Positions 11,255 through 26,557 of a stretch of 64,000 nucleotides of DNA are shown here, in pieces; positions within the stretch are counted from its first letter, which is position 1, and the number at the start of each line of letters is the position of its first letter. The position numbers and the translations under genes are program-made. A model generated the notes under the pieces. It saw nothing but the letters and a program-made list of their open reading frames with translations. It did not search any database and was not told the origin of the DNA. This stretch comes from Ruditapes philippinarum. Lineage: Eukaryota. The stretch covers positions 1-64,000 of the forward strand of contig NW_026855186.1 in NCBI RefSeq assembly GCF_026571515.1, written 5' to 3'.

Positions 11255-14200
11255 ATGTCAAAGTTTTTGAGAATGGTTGTTTTTATTGTCGGAATATGCA
11301 TGCTCGCGCTATTTAAGCCAGCGTTTGGCCTAAGCCGACCATCAACTATTGTTTTAAAAAACAATGGTTTTACAAACGTCGTTGTTGCAATCCATGAAAG
11401 TGTTCCGGAGGATAAGACGCTCATTGATACATTAAAGGTATTAAAGTTTTTATTCTCCTCTCCTCATATTTAAACTCACTGTTCACATGGTAAAATCTAT
11501 GATTTTGATTTTGCATGAAATTGAATAATTTTCTTTTATACCGGTATGATATATATCATGTATACATATGATAAATTTATATGACGCTTATCTGAGGATT
11601 GGAATAGTGATGGAATACATAAATTAAAGGGGTAACTTAATTTATTTTGATAACATTCTTAGACTAAATTGTAAAACTGTTTTGTTGCTATTATTTTCGG
11701 TGGACCTAATAGTATATTGTCAGGATTAGAAATTTTATACGGGTGAGAAGAATTTATAGCCATCATACAAAAATATGACATTTACTTTTTAATAGGATGA
11801 AATGATAAAAGCATCAAAAATTCTTTATGTTGCTACAAAACAACGAGCATTTTTAAAAGAAATAAAAATCCTACTTCCTTCTACCTGGTCAAACGACGGC
11901 TCTTACCAGACGCCCACGAGCGAAAACTTAAGGTTTGCTGACGTCATTATAACAGATCCAATCCGAGGCAAGAGGAGCATACCACAAACAAGATCATATG
12001 ATGGTTGCGGTAAACAAGGAGTCCATGTTCTTTTGACTAAAGAATTTCTAACTACACCAAGAGCGGACCCGTATTTAAATAACCCTGGTGAGAAAAACAA
12101 ATCATTTGTTGACGCGGTTACATTATAGCGAAATTAAAGTGTTTTGTTAAAATTCTTATATGATCATTCAGAGCAGATCAGAACAGAACTTTTATTTCTT
12201 TTGATTTGTACATAGTACATCATCATATACGTCATAACTTCTGAGTAACAAAATCATTTTATGGCAATTATTAAGCCTTATTTAAATGAAAATGAACAAA
12301 TATAAAAAACCCTCCAAGATGAAAAATAAAAAAAAAAAAATTTTTTTTTATCGTTGAACATTATTTGAAATTTAAGTTCTTACAGCAATAGCTTTTTGTA
12401 ATTGCTAGTTTACATAGCTGTGCAACAGTGCAATGATTTTATACATAATTAGACTTACAAAATAATACCGATATCTTTTTAAGGCTAAGAATACTTGTAT
12501 AAGAATAAAAATGAAATTCTTCTTCTAAGTCTCTTATATTACAACATTGACAGTAGCGTATATTTCTCTGTATTCTAATTCAAGAACATCTTCAAGTTTG
12601 CATCCTTAATAAGTTGTTTGAAATGGTTCTTAATTTAGTAATTAGTCGTCTCAATTGTTCAGGCAGCATATCCAGCTAATCTTCGTTTTAAGAATTTATC
12701 ATATGCACACATTTATATCATTTGATTCATTAGAAACATATCATTCTTGTATGAAACATTCAATAATTCGCTGTCTAATTACAGGAATAAATTAAAGATT
12801 TTAAAATTAATTATATATTCCAAACATATGTAAAACCATAGTCATGCAAAGGTTTTTTTTTAAACATACGCTACAAGGTTATATAATCTTTCATGTCAAT
12901 CATTCAATGCTAGCTGATAAACTGAGTGTAAAATAATATTGTAAGTGTGCAACTTAAATCAACAATCTAGATCTCAATGCACACTAGTAAGCAGTATTCC
13001 TTACTGACAAAAAAAAACAAATATTAAATGTATCATTTCAATTTCATTTTCAAACAAATGAATCAAACAGCTGACATAATAACTCGGGATTTTGTAAAAA
13101 ATATTCTTTTTTTACAATTAAAAAGCAAAAACATTTAGCCCCGTTAACGCTTTACATGTTAAAGCTTTACATTTACCGTATTCCTCATTCAATATCATTA
13201 TTCTCGTATAACCAAAACGTATTTCTTAATTAACCCCTCTTTTCCCAAATACAAATTTTTAGCTTTATATAAATTTACCTTCTAATCCCCGATTTTAACA
13301 ATATTTATGCCATCTACCTGAATGCATTTGAAAATACTTGGGAGGTTTCACCTAATGTCACCATATCATCGGCAATTAAAACTATAAATGCTTAATTATC
13401 CGAACATTTTCAGCAAAGTTCTTTGTCCATGCTTTTGCACAATTTAGATGGGGAGTATTTCAAGAATACGCCGAAGAAGGGGAGAATGTTTTTTACATGT
13501 CGCCATCAGTTGGCCAACCAGAAGCCATAAGATGCACGATCATGATCCGAGGATTGGTACAAAAAAATGATGCTCGACACACAATATGCTACTCACGTAG
13601 GTTGAAAACATCCGCTAATTAGACACAATGTGCAATAGCTTATTAATATTATTAGGGATACAGTTTTATTTTTATTTAGCAATGTTGATAGACCAAAATA
13701 GCCTATATAAGAAAAAAACATAACAACTGATATCAAATGTATTCAGACAAAACGAAAGAAGTAACACTTTTTATTTGGCTTCTTTTGGTTTTTGTTATTG
13801 TTTAAAAAAAAGATATGTCACTTAACGTAGTGCTTTTGCTTTTCACAGACCTTCTAGCAGACAGACAACACGTAATTGCTTCGATAGATGATAAAACAGG
13901 TTTATATCACGCTGATTGTCAATGGAGACCATATCCAAACCATCAGCGAACAAAGGCATCGATAATGGACCATCAGTTTATTCAAGAGGTGTCGTAAAGT
14001 AATTTTAAATCATATAGTAATTAAGTAAAAGTATTAGATGTATGTTTTCTTTATAATATAGTGTTTATATGAGTGTCAAGGTTGTACCTCGAAAATCACA
14101 CAGAATGAAATACCAATCCTTTTAAACGTTCAATCAAACAACCTTTGTTCAATAATATCATATTTATTATTATTCGTTTATTTCAGTCTCTTTCTCACAT

Positions 14201-17200
14201 TTACAAATACTGTACATAAAAAATATACATTTAAAATACATGTAAGACCAATCAATTGAAGAGACATATGTAACTATTATCACAAACAATTTATTTACAT
14301 TTAAAACATATAAGAACTAGTATATTATTGTTAATCTTATTTATTTTTAAAATCCTATAAAAGAGAAGAAAAAGAAAAGAGAATATACCCCACACTACAA
14401 ATGGTTGTAAAATACGGATAATATGTTTGATTTAATGAAACATATTTAGAAATTAGATTAACAACTGTATTCTAGCAGTTGAGTAAAAACAGTTTAACCC
14501 AGGATAAAACCAGAATTGACTTATAGGATTAAGAAAAACAACAACAAAAAACTAATTTTACATCATAAGTACTCAATCCATATCCTGACACAAATGTGTA
14601 GCAGTATTAAAAAGTATTTTAAACTGCTTCAATATATATATTTATGTATATATATTTGTTCATTTTGTCGATACCGATTCGACTGAAAACTATATAAACA
14701 TCCTTAAATTCATGCGTAGCTTTTGTATAAAACATTTTCACATGCCAAACCTTTGTAAGTCTTAAAACTCTTTAAACGGCCATTGTCTAACACAGCTTGT
14801 TACATTCTGTGGAGACGATCCAAAAGACTACGCCACATTTCATAACAGCGAGGCTCCCAGTAAACATAACCGACTGTGTGGACATAAGAGTACTTGGGGA
14901 ATCATCACTGAAACCGATGATTTTAGGGGTGGTATTAACGCTCCAACGACTTTATCAGATGATCAAATTAAACCAACTTTTATCGTTATGAGAGCCACTT
15001 CACGGAAACGCCGCGCTGCCGTTTTAATCAACCCATCTTTATTGACAGAGGTATATTTTATTATCATGACCTTGAATATATATTTTATGAAATATGGATG
15101 AAAGATGAATGAATATAAATACTGGTATATCTGTGATTTTTTTTTTATGTTTCTTAATTCGACATTAAGTTAAGCATTAAGGCGGTGCTGTTTTACTATT
15201 TTATGATACATTTATACATTTTTAAAAACTATTAAAGATATACTCTTACTTAAAATGACTAAGCCACGTATGTATTCATTAATCTAAGTTTTTGTCCTTG
15301 TGAGAAAATTTTCGGTTAAATCCTTTTTACTAACCATGCTTTACTTTAATATTAAGTATCTCTTGCTAATAGATGTTACCTTCTGGGTGTTACAAAAACA
15401 ACTATTGTAGTTAGATATGATGTATTTTCTGATATTTGTGACAGGGGCCACTTTCAAACAAAATTGAACAAACACTCCAACATTTAGAACACGAAGCTTC
15501 AAAGACAGATTTAGAGTTATCAGTTCTTAGAGAGGAAATGACCAGTATGCAGGGAATATTTGATGAAGGCAATGGTCACAAGTTGTACAAGAGCAATACG
15601 TTAAATGAACAGGACCGGTTTGAACAAAACTTTGATAGTGTTAATAAGGTATTTACAACAAAAATATTGATGTTGTTACAACTTGATTCAATTGGATAAA
15701 ACTATTTTAAGAGACAGTTTATTTACTGATGTAGTCCAAAAATATGTATTTGACCAAGAAAGAAAATAAATGCATATTCAACTATGATGGTTTCGTATGT
15801 AAACAAGAATCAGATTAAAGTATTACCATCTTGCCGCAAACGATATTTAAACAGTATCTATTGTATAAATCAATTGTAAAATATGCCACTAGTAATTCCT
15901 TGGTAAGACGTTACACTTTATGACTTCAAAAAAAAATACAAATCATACCCGCAAATAAGCCCCCCCCCCCCCCCCCCCCATAAAAAAACAAAAAAACGAC
16001 AACAAAAAACAAACAGAAAAAGAAAACTCTATAAGAAGACAATTAAGAAGATAATGATAATAATAGAAATTGATTTTAGAACTATTTCTATCATAAAACA
16101 GAGATATGTGTATTGAACCTTATTTGTCCCCTTGAAGACAATTTTCCTTTTTTATATTTTTATAAAGACTATCTTTGATTTGGTAAAGATAGTTTTACTG
16201 TCAGATCTTCAAGAAATCAAATCATTTCTTTTTATTTTTTAATGTATTTCGTTCTTTGATTCTTGTACATGTAATTATCTGATCTGATTGATCATTTTCA
16301 TTTGATATAAAAAGACAGGAAATTGCACGAGATGGTTATAAAAATGAGAAATTTTGATAAAAGCAAATTGAACCTTTGATATGTAAAGATGAGCGTCACT
16401 CACAGTATGGAACAAAAGAATTGTATACGCGACACTTTGTTTAGCCATATCTTCTATTAAATTGCAAGATAACGCCCAGTGATACAGGTCAAAGTTATAG
16501 TGGCAAAAAGAACGGATTAGTTGTCTATTTTCAAAACAATCTCTACGTCTCTAAAATAAGATAAGATTCTGAAGTAGATTTTTTATTAAAGATTTATCAT
16601 CTTTTCTATGCTGTTTGAAAAGATATTTTTGAAACAACTTTTGGTGGTCCGTTTTTATCGGTAAATTGTGAAAGAAGAGTCTATTGAAGAAAAGATGATA
16701 AACATAGAAGGTGACCTTTATGTCCTTATTATTAAATGATCGGCTTAACAAATTCAATAAAGTTAAATGTAAAAAGAAAGACATTTTATCTCTGAATATA
16801 TCTTCAAAAAGAAACATAAGAGAAAAAAGCGAACAACTTGATGATTCAGTGACATTTCAAGTATTATATATTATCAATGTATTCAGCTTTTTAGACGCGA
16901 AAACACTTTGAATTTTGGTCAATATTTTAATGTGTTTTTCTTGTACTCACAAGGGGTACTATCAACAAAAAAAGTTATTTTACCTGCAACTGAAATACAC
17001 ATGAATCCTTAAATACTACAGACAAAACAGTTCATCTAGTTTAAAAAAACATCTTATTATTTAAACAGTATAAAAAGCCCATATTTTGATATGAAAGCAC
17101 ATGCATTTGCTAATTTTGATAATTGTAAAAATACTTAAATAAAACTAATTATTTAAATCATTTATTATGCTTGAGTAAGATTTTTAATACTTCATGCAGT

Positions 17201-20200
17201 TAATAACGTGACACTTTACTATAGGGCGTCAATAAAAGGTGATGTTTTTCACTTTAAACGGTTTTTTAATTTGGGTATATGATAAAGAGAATAATATATT
17301 TGTGTAGGGTCATTACTGAATTTATTGAATTCGTTCAATAAATTCAGTATTGAACTTACAGACGATCAATACCGTCTGAATATGAAAATTAAAATAAAAA
17401 TGGAGACGTACTACACTAACTAAAGTTTTAAAATAAATTAGCTATACCTATATCATAACATACTTTGTATGATTACAGAATAAAACTCTAGACGAAATAA
17501 ATGATGGCGATCTAGTTATTGTAACAGACACCTTGACTGAAAACATGAAGCAGATTCTGACTGACAAAAGTAAAAGTGGTTTGAAGGTTTCTGTGGTTTC
17601 TGGCGATCCGAACGAGATGACCAACGACCACCATGGTATATAGAAAAGTTACACAGAGATGCTTGTGACAATACCATACTACATGATACATTTGATAAAT
17701 AATGATAAAAAGTCACATTCATTTAAATAATATGATTGTTTTGCCTCTAATCCTCTACAGATTTTTGCTTACGTTTTTTGAACTTCATATAAAAATTGAC
17801 AGAAAGCAAGTTGAGGGCTTTAGCAGTTCAAAGCAAAATGTCAACTCCGTTCCTTCTGTTTGGGAAAAACAACAACAACAACAAAACATCTAGATCATTT
17901 TGGTATTATAGTATTTTATTTTATGCTTTTCAGTGGATTAATGATTTATCCGTAAAAATCATATTTGATAATTTCACAATGAAAATTATCAAAATATAAT
18001 TTCACACTTTTCAATGACGAAACTACTTTTTTAAGATTTTCCCCATTTGGTACCTCAAATTTATTTTTGCTGACTATTCCGACAATGTCAGGCTGTTTAA
18101 AGAAAAGCAAAGCTGAAATTGATAACTTATATGTCAAAAGTAATAAAAAGAAGAAAACTTACAGTAAGTTACTTCTATTCATTCAAATTACCAATCACCA
18201 AATATCGTCTCTTTAATTTTTTGTTTCATTTTTACAGTCTGAAAAATACATTCCTTCCACATGCAAAACTGCTCTTGATGACATTTGGGAATATTTAAGT
18301 ATCCTACGAGCAAAAACTGCCGTATGCTTTATGAAAACTTGAAAAGCAATGGCAGCTTTCAGTCGAAGAATATGTAAACATTTTTTACCCAGCGTTCGCA
18401 AGGCTTCCAAGTTTTCCAATTTCCTATCCACTTTTTTTGAATGTTTACACATCTGTCAACACTTATTTATTGTCTGTTACAATCCTCAAATAAGTTTTCT
18501 TTCTTTTAAAAAGGTGTATGACTAACAAATCCAAATGATATCCATCTGAATCAAACACAATTATTTTCCTCCAGTGAAATACACAACTTTAAAAATGGCG
18601 GCCGCTTACATTTAACGTAGCCAGGTCTAATATAAATTCGCAGTCAGTAACAGAAATATGGATGGATGGTTGGACTTTTTCTCCTACTAGAATTGTTTGT
18701 TTTTATTATATAAACATGCGATCAGACATGTTTTTTTTTAAATAAAATGAATACTATCAACACCATTTAACGTTGATTGTGGAACTTATTTTTCAGCCCA
18801 TGACTTCTTGTATTTAATGAGAAATTCGACTTTTTTGAGGCTCTAAATGGGGAAACAGATTTTAATATTAACGTAAATATTAAGGAAATTTCGTTTTAAC
18901 TTGTTTTTAAGCATAAAATAAAAAAAAAATGTTTGTTTGTTGTGTAAGAGGTAATTTTATTTCATCGAGTGAACTTTAAAAACAGTATTCTCACTCGTGG
19001 CTACGCCACTCGTGAGAATACTGTTTTTAAAGCCCACTCGATGAAATGAAATTTCATCTTACAAACAAACAAACAAATATCCTCTATGTAGTCGTGTATT
19101 CCCATTTCACATCATTTATTTCTTCTTTTAAAGTGTTTTTTCTTTTTTTATGTTTAATCTTAAAGATTTTCATTCCACAAATACTTTACTTTTCAGACTA
19201 GGAACGGAAGTGATTATCTTTTTTAAGTTACAGGTTAGGGAAGGTAAAATTATTTAATTAAAATGATAAGATTAGTTCATCTCATTACATGATCTGCGGA
19301 GCTTTTTAAATAATAGTTTTGTTTCAGAACATTTCAGCTTGCACCATACTGGAGGAGCTATAGGCCATACACTTTTAGATAGACTGAGAAATGTACTTTT
19401 GGTAGATAACGTAAAAACTGTATTGGTACGTTTTTCTTTTTACAACGTGATAAATACGTCATCTTGAAGAACAGATTCATCATTACTTTCCTAAATCCGA
19501 TTTAAATGATAATCAGTAAACTATTGAATATTACACGAGTGGTCATTTTGTAAACTATTGCAGGATTGTAATTTCGCTTTTCATTGGATAAACATCAGGT
19601 TTGAATATAATCTTTATACACGACTGCTCTCAACTTGTTAATTGGTTTCCGTTTTTTCTACAAATAAAGTAATTTTGCTGCATTTGTAATTTGTTATTAA
19701 TATGTATGACATGTTATATGGCATCGTATAAATTGATGTTTGCAATATAACCCTCACCTTGCGGGTTAAAAAACTAGTACGCATATAACCCTTTATCACG
19801 TGCCATGTAACATGGCACACAACATTTTAACTAACAATATACTAGTATATTATCATAAAACGAATTTAGGGACGTACAAGAAAGCAAGTATTTTGGGAGT
19901 GTTTTATACATCTTTGGGAGAATAAACCGTCGATGGTATAACTGGAAACATAAATTCTCTATCTCTCAAACCAAAAAAAAAACTACAACATATATTGACA
20001 TATATTGAAAGTCACTCCTTTTCATATGATAGGATCGATATATATTAAATCAACTCATTTACTCCTGATTTTTTATTGAACAATCAATCTCGTTACATGA
20101 CGCGTTTGGTCAATTTTAGCAATGACGTTATTTTCATTAATAACGTACGTTCCTCATTAACTGATTAGACTATTTTTTATCTAATTTATAGATAGGTCAA

Positions 20201-23200
20201 GAGGAAACTGAATTACGAGGCAATGAACCAGTTTCAAGAACAGTTGATATAGATAAAACTCTTGGAATGCAAATTTCATTCATCTTTCATTTTGAAGAAG
20301 AGCTGCCTTACATTCGTATAACATCACCTAATGGTACTCTCTACGGACCTGACTCAAACGTTTACTCTGTTGATGAAACTTCAAAAGCGATTCAGTTTTA
20401 TTTCCCGCACATACAGGTAAAACTCGCGTCTTTTACGACTTCTTTAGAATCAGAGACAATTTATTAACAACATGTATATAGATGTATGCCTCCATATTAG
20501 CCAAAATAGTTTAAGAAAATATTAAACTTTAGAAAACTGTACTAAGAGTTGAAAGAAAAGTAAACTGATTCATGTTATAATTAACGTGATTGTTTTGTGC
20601 GATTGATGATTTTGCAGTATTTTTCACCATATTTCTACTGCGTGACTAACAAATAAAGGCTATTTTTTGCACATTTTGACCTCCTTTTGTTCATTGACGT
20701 GGATTGTAAAGTGCCGTTTGCAATGTGTTAATTACTTTTCTTAGTTCACTTCACAATGTTTTACTTTTGTATACATTTTTGAAAAATTTCATGAAAATTA
20801 GCTGGAATATGGAGGCATGCTGCTTAGAATAAAAAAAATTATCTTCCTTTCATGGTAAAGACCACGCCTAATTTGCCTAGAGTTTATTTACATAGATCTT
20901 GTTCATTTTTTATTTTGATTTATCAATGTTTTTATTTACATAACTTTATCTTAGATAGTTTAATCGTTACAGGTTGGAACATGGACGTACACCTTGTCAC
21001 AATCATCGATGACGTCACAAAAAGTACGTGTTACAGTTATTTCTGAAAACATCGCTGAACACGAAGACCCGCTAGTCTTGCGGCAGTCTGTAAAATTTGC
21101 AGACGACACAAATACATCTGTGATTCTTCATGTTGACGCAACACAAGGGGCGAGTCCCTTGATAGGCTTTAATATCACAGCAAAGGTAGGGACGCCAGAT
21201 GGAACAGTGGATTACTTGACACTTCTAGATAATGGAGCAGGTACAATAGCTAAAGAATCCCGTGAAGTTTGAATACAATCTAAATACTAGTAGTTGATAA
21301 TCTTATTTATGCGATGACAATATTTTGTATGAAATTGAAGTTGCGTTCAAGATACTTTTATTATTGTCATAAAAGGTGAATAAAGAGGTTTGCATTTATA
21401 AAGAAGGTTTCATATTAAAACGTACAAATTGATACCTTCGCATAAATCTAATTTTGCCTTTTAAGGTTAACCTTTTGTACTGAATGTTTCAATATGCTCA
21501 AAACCGGTAAGAAGAAACTTTTGTTTTCCTTATTTATAGAGATAGATAAATGTAAGGTTTATGAAAGTAAACCTACATAATTTATGATATTTGAGATCTT
21601 AGATATTTTATTTTACCCAGTGATCAGTCACTAGCAGATATTGTGTGTTTTTTGTCGTAGGAGCTGATATAGCAAAGAACGATGGCATTTACTCGCGTAT
21701 TTACATAGCGCCAAAACTAAGTGGATCGTATCACGTGACATTCATAGTGTCGTCTGGTGGTTCTGGGTCTGTTTTCAGGAAAGAAGAAACAGCGTCAGTC
21801 GTTAATGATGGTATAAATATAAGTATTTCAATTTTTAGGGGAAAATATACTAGATATGATGCATACATAAAATCTCAAAAATGTAAAAAAGGTTCTGCAA
21901 TTATCTGCAGTTACACTCGACAAGGTCTGCTATTAAAGCCACTGCTGTTAGAAAGGTATCTAGAATAAAATATGAATGTCATCTACTCGCAAGAATTATT
22001 TTTAAAATCACGAAGTGCTCGATCTAAACATTCTATTTTCTTCTTCATTTTCTTAAGTGAACGCTACAGTTTAGACAAACAAAGCCAAAACACTAATTTC
22101 CAAGGCTGTCTCGTTTCACTGACTTCGCGCAGACTAGAAATACAAATCATAATATTTAGTCTAAGTTTGATACGTAAAGGATAATCTGTTGAGTATACTA
22201 GACCTAAATTTGGCTAAAGTACAGTTGTTTTCACGAATTGCCAAACATGAGCAAGAAGTGATTACCGGTATTCTGATTTGTTTGAAATGTTTCAGAGCTT
22301 AATCCAGTCAGAAAATCCGTTAGAAAGATACCATTAGACGGAAACATTCAAAGGCAAATTTCGGGTGGAACAATATTCTTGCGTTCCTCGAATCTTAATG
22401 ACCTCATCTTTGACGTCATAGCACCATCAAGAATTATTGATCTCAGAGCGGTGACGTATGTTCCATACAGAAAAACAATGGTGTTAGAATGGACAGCTCC
22501 CGGCGACGACCATGATCACGGAAAACGTAAATACAAAGATGTGGTTTAATTTTGATAAAATCAAGATACAAATCCTGCAAATTTTGTTGTATCATGCACA
22601 CAGTCTACTGTAATGATAAATCAAATACAATTTACACGTTATTCCATAATTCCAAAACTTTGCTTCAGGTTACATAATATATTTTTATAAGTTTTAGCTC
22701 ACCTGTCACAAAGTGACAGGATGAGCTTTTATGATCGCTTTTCGTCCGGCGTCCGTCCGTAAACTTTTACTTTAAATGACATCTCCTAATAAACCACTGA
22801 GCCAATTTCATCAAAACTTCACAGGAATGTTTCTTTGGTGGTCACCTTTAAAAATTGTTCAAAGAATTTAATTTCATGCAGAACTCTGGTTGCCATGGCA
22901 ACCGAAAGAAAAAACTTTAAATTTTTTCTTTTAAAAAATCCAAAGAGCTACAGCTTAGATATTTGGCATGAAACATCTTCTTGTGAGTGTCTACCAAGTT
23001 TGTTCAAATAAAAGCCCTGGGGTCAATATTGGCCCCGCCCCAGGGGGTCATTGATTTTTCCTATATGCATATATTAAAAACTTAAAAAATCTTCTTTTAG
23101 AGAACCTAAAGAGCTAGAGCTAAGATATTTAGCATGAAACATCTTCTAATGGGTGTCTACCAAGTTTGTTCAAATAAAAGCCCTGGGGTCAAAATTGGCC

Positions 23201-24381
23201 CCGCCCAGGGGGTCATTGATTTTCCTTATATGTGTATAGCAAAACTTAAAAATCTTCTTTGAAAAAACCCAAATAGCTAGAGTTTAGATATTAAGCATGA
23301 AACATCTTCTAGTAAGTGTCTACAAAGTTTGTTCAAATAAAAGCCCTGGGGTCAAAACTGGCCCGCCCCTGGGATGTCATTGTTTTTAACTATATGTGTA
23401 TAGTAAAAACTTAAAAAATCTTCTTTTAAAGAACCCAATGAGCTAGAACTTAGATGTTTAGCATGAAACATCTTCTTATGGGTGTCTACCAAGTTTGTTC
23501 AAATAAAAGCCCTTGGGTTAAAATTGGCCCTGCAGGGTGGGGGGGGGGAGGTCATTGTTTTTTCATTATATGTGTGTAGTAAAAATTTAACATCATGAAA
23601 CATTTTCTAAGGTGTGTCTTCAAAGTTTGTTCAAATACAATCCCTGGGGTTTAAACTGGCCCCGCTCCGGGGGCCTATATACAGGTGAGCGACCTCAGGG
23701 CCATCATGGCCCTCTTGTATATTATAATCTTGACATGTAAAAATGTCCCTGAGCTTCTTGGCGTTAGATCTTAGTAAAACATTTGGAGGCTCGATCAAAT
23801 ATGTATGGCACGTTTTATATATGAGCCGCGTCATGACAAAACCAACATAGTGGATTTGCGACCAGCATGGATCCGGACCAGCCTGCGCATCCGCGCAGTC
23901 TGATCAGGATCCATGCTGTTCGCCTACAAACCATATTAACAAGTAGATAAACTGAAAGTGAACAGCATGGATCCTGATCAGACTGCGCTGATGCGCAGGC
24001 TGGTCTGGATCCATGCTGGTCGCAAACGCACTATGTTGGTTTTGTCATGTCGCGGCTCAATTATAATTCATCACCAGATTTTACCATCGTCATTTAGATC
24101 TAGTGTTTTAGATCCTGTTTTACTTTACAGCTGATATCTACGAATTTGTTGTCGGTTGTGGGGTCAAGGACGTTCGTCTTTTTTTGAACTATCTCTCCTC
24201 TGGTGATTACAAAGGTCAAGGTAACGTGATACAAGAAACATTCAACGCACGTGCAAATGGAACTGAAATTGAAACGTTTCTATGGAGTACAGTTGGCAAT
24301 GACAAACCGTATATATTTGCTATTCGTGCTGTTGATAGGTTTGGCAACAAAGGCCAATTTTCAAACCTTGTCACAGCCTAA
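11255..24381 (+). CDS. CLCA: CLCA-like protein, paralog 2, complete (~878 aa, signal peptide, no C-terminal TM); predicted catalytically inactive
   Basis: 13 exons: 11255-11437, 11796-12087, 13414-13596, 13849-13988, 14796-15050, 15445-15648, 17479-17635, 19328-19425, 20192-20416, 20973-21240, 21661-21810, 22296-22526, 24131-24381; total 2637 nt, open frame. N-terminus MSKFLRMVVFIVGICMLALFKPAFG (signal), then LKNNGFTNVVVAIHESVPED, ILLPSTW, GCGKQG, FRWGVFQEY, DNGAGADIAKNDGIYSR and FnIII-like WTAPGDDHDHGK. Confidence 0.95.
18930..19087. mobile_element. Palindromic end of a non-autonomous DNA element, same class as 4286-4465
   Basis: Hairpin centred on CACTCGTGGCTACGCCACTCGTG, ending CAAACAAATATCCTCT (reverse complement of the 4288 start). 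Confidence 0.55.
20484..20830. mobile_element. Old MITE-like repeat
   Basis: Inverted ends ATGCCTCCATATT / AATATGGAGGCAT; interior and right end are similar to ~41490-41695. Confidence 0.5.
22692..23718 (+). mobile_element. Non-autonomous Helentron-associated (HINE/pearl-like) element with internal ~165-bp tandem array
   Basis: 5' TTTTAGCTCACCTG plus hairpin CTGTCAC-aaa-GTGACAG and (GTCC)n microsatellite; ~4.5 units each containing AAGTTTGTTCAAATAAAAGCCCTGGGGTC; 3' subterminal inverted repeat CAGGTGAGC and terminal hairpin AGGGCCATCATGGCCCT; no TSD. Confidence 0.8.
23822..24059. mobile_element. Palindromic (fold-back) MITE, ~238 bp
   Basis: ~100-bp near-perfect inverted arms TGAGCCGCGTCATGACAAAACCAACATAGTG.. 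/ ..CACTATGTTGGTTTTGTCATGTCGCGGCTCA; second copy at 42661. Confidence 0.9.
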
Positions 24382-25638
24382 CTTTTACCATGCTGATTTC
24401 CTGAATACCTTGTTATTGAAACTACCGAGAGTAGACTAATTTTTTTAACTGTATGCGCTAAAGAGAAATATTTCTATTGCTTAGTATAATATGTTACACT
24501 TTTTACAAACATAATAGAAAAAAATCTCATAGTTTTAACAGAAATTTAATCGACACTTACGTCCATCATTCATTTGATGACACCATGAAAAAATTCGGAC
24601 AACACACAGTGCAGGCGCCAATTTCGCTGACATTGGTTAGTACGAACGTTTTGCTGGAAAATTTGAAAATAACAAAACTCACTTCATAGAGAAACATGTT
24701 AGAGGTCGACCCATGAAAAAAGTATAATCGCTTCTTAATTTTTGTCAAATTATACTATTGTTAACTTTTTAAACACATTCATTAAAGATGTTCCTCAAAC
24801 TGGACAATCAAAACCGTGTCTTGAGTTATATTTCCAACCAAGGCGTTTGTCAAACTAAAGAGCCAAACTTTAGAGGTTGTTCGTTAATTCGACACGTGTG
24901 ACAGAATTAAACTAATTTAGAGCTCACTTTAATCAAACTGACCAAATATGACATTACCTACATTGTATTTGACTGTGAACGAATAAGCATCAAATCTTAC
25001 TTTATTAACGATGTTCTAAATTGACGTTTCAGGTATCGCATATATATTTTCATTATTTGAAATATTTTTTAGTATTAACATTTGGTTAAAATGAACTTCA
25101 GCAATAGGTATATCAGTGATTTAAATTACATATATGTCTGATTGTGTATACATGTCGAGGCAAGTTGATGAAAAGAAATATTGCAGATATTCGCCATCAA
25201 AGTTGATTCTACGCACTTCTATAGTTCAAGTGGTGTTATATCAAAGGAGGTACTATTGGCAATGCTATTTAGCACTACCGAGAACAGCCCTGGCTGATAA
25301 GCTTATTGGGAATGCACCAACAGATTCGAATCCCGGTTACTGACGGCGATACATATTGTTCTGGTAGACTATATAAGATTTATATAGTCTACATGTTATC
25401 CGCTTATCTGTTGTGAAGAAAATTGACAGATCTAAGATCATAGTGGAAGGAAAACACTTTTAGAAGACAATTTTTCCGGAAAACATTAGCTGTGATCAGT
25501 TATTCAAATACCAGTACCTTTAATTAAGTGGGACACATGCTATAAGTTTGGGCCACTAGAGGTACCTAAATAACTATAAATAATGTTGACTATGAACTCT
25601 ACCGATTATGTATCCAGATGATGATTTAAACTAAGACT

Positions 25639-25911
25639 GGGGCGTCCGTGGGCGAGTGGTTAATGTCGTTGACTTCAAACCACTTGTCCCTCACCGCTGT
25701 GGGTTCAAATCCCGATAGGGACTTTGGCTTCTTTCATGTGAGGAAGCAATCCAGCTAGCTTACGAAACGTCGGTAGTTCTACTCACGTGCCCGTTCGTGT
25801 ATGAAATAATTCACAGAAGGGCACCTGAGGTCTCCCTCCACCAGTAAAGCTGGAACGTCGCCGTATGACCTATACTGTGTCTATGTGACGTAAAACCCAA
25901 ACAAACAAACA
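25639..25911 (+). mobile_element. tRNA-derived SINE (Meta/MESC-core-like), full length
   Basis: A-box-like GTGGGCGAGTGG, B-box-like GGTTCAAATCC, conserved core, (CAAA)n tail; collinear with 61855-62123. Confidence 0.9.
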
Positions 25912-26557
25912 GTGTCCAGCCTTTCCATAGCAAATAACATACAATGGTGACCCTATAATATTGGAATCTCGGCTTCAAAGATTGATAATTAAGTATTTCA
26001 CTGTAAATTACGCGTGTAAGACATATTTAAACATACACATTTTTCACTGGTTAAAGAGCTGAGGTGATCAACATTTTTGGAATATTGTTCTTTCATAATT
26101 ATGTTTGGGTCGTAAACGGGTCGTAAAGTGTTATGTATTCTGCATTAATTCATTTTGTGCTTTATTGTTTTATGTATTCTTAAACTTAAATAAGGGTGTC
26201 GAATCAAGGATCACCATGTTGAAAAACCGGACCCTCATTGGACAAATTTTACCATATATTACATTCAAAACTTTAGATGCTACCAAAGAAGTAGTACTTG
26301 GAAATGCATGAAACTGTTGGATACTGTACATTACGGTGTCGAAGTTAGGATATACATAAAAAATGTACATTTGTTACGAAAATTTATCTTAAGGTGTGGC
26401 AATTTTATTCTTACATATTCACAGTGACTTAAACTAGCATCAACAAATCTTAATATATGTATATAGTCTCACCATGTCTGTGAAGTCCTTTAAGTGACTT
26501 TGTTTTTCATTTCACATTTTATGTTTTGCACCTGATTAATTTAAGGTGATCTTTGCA

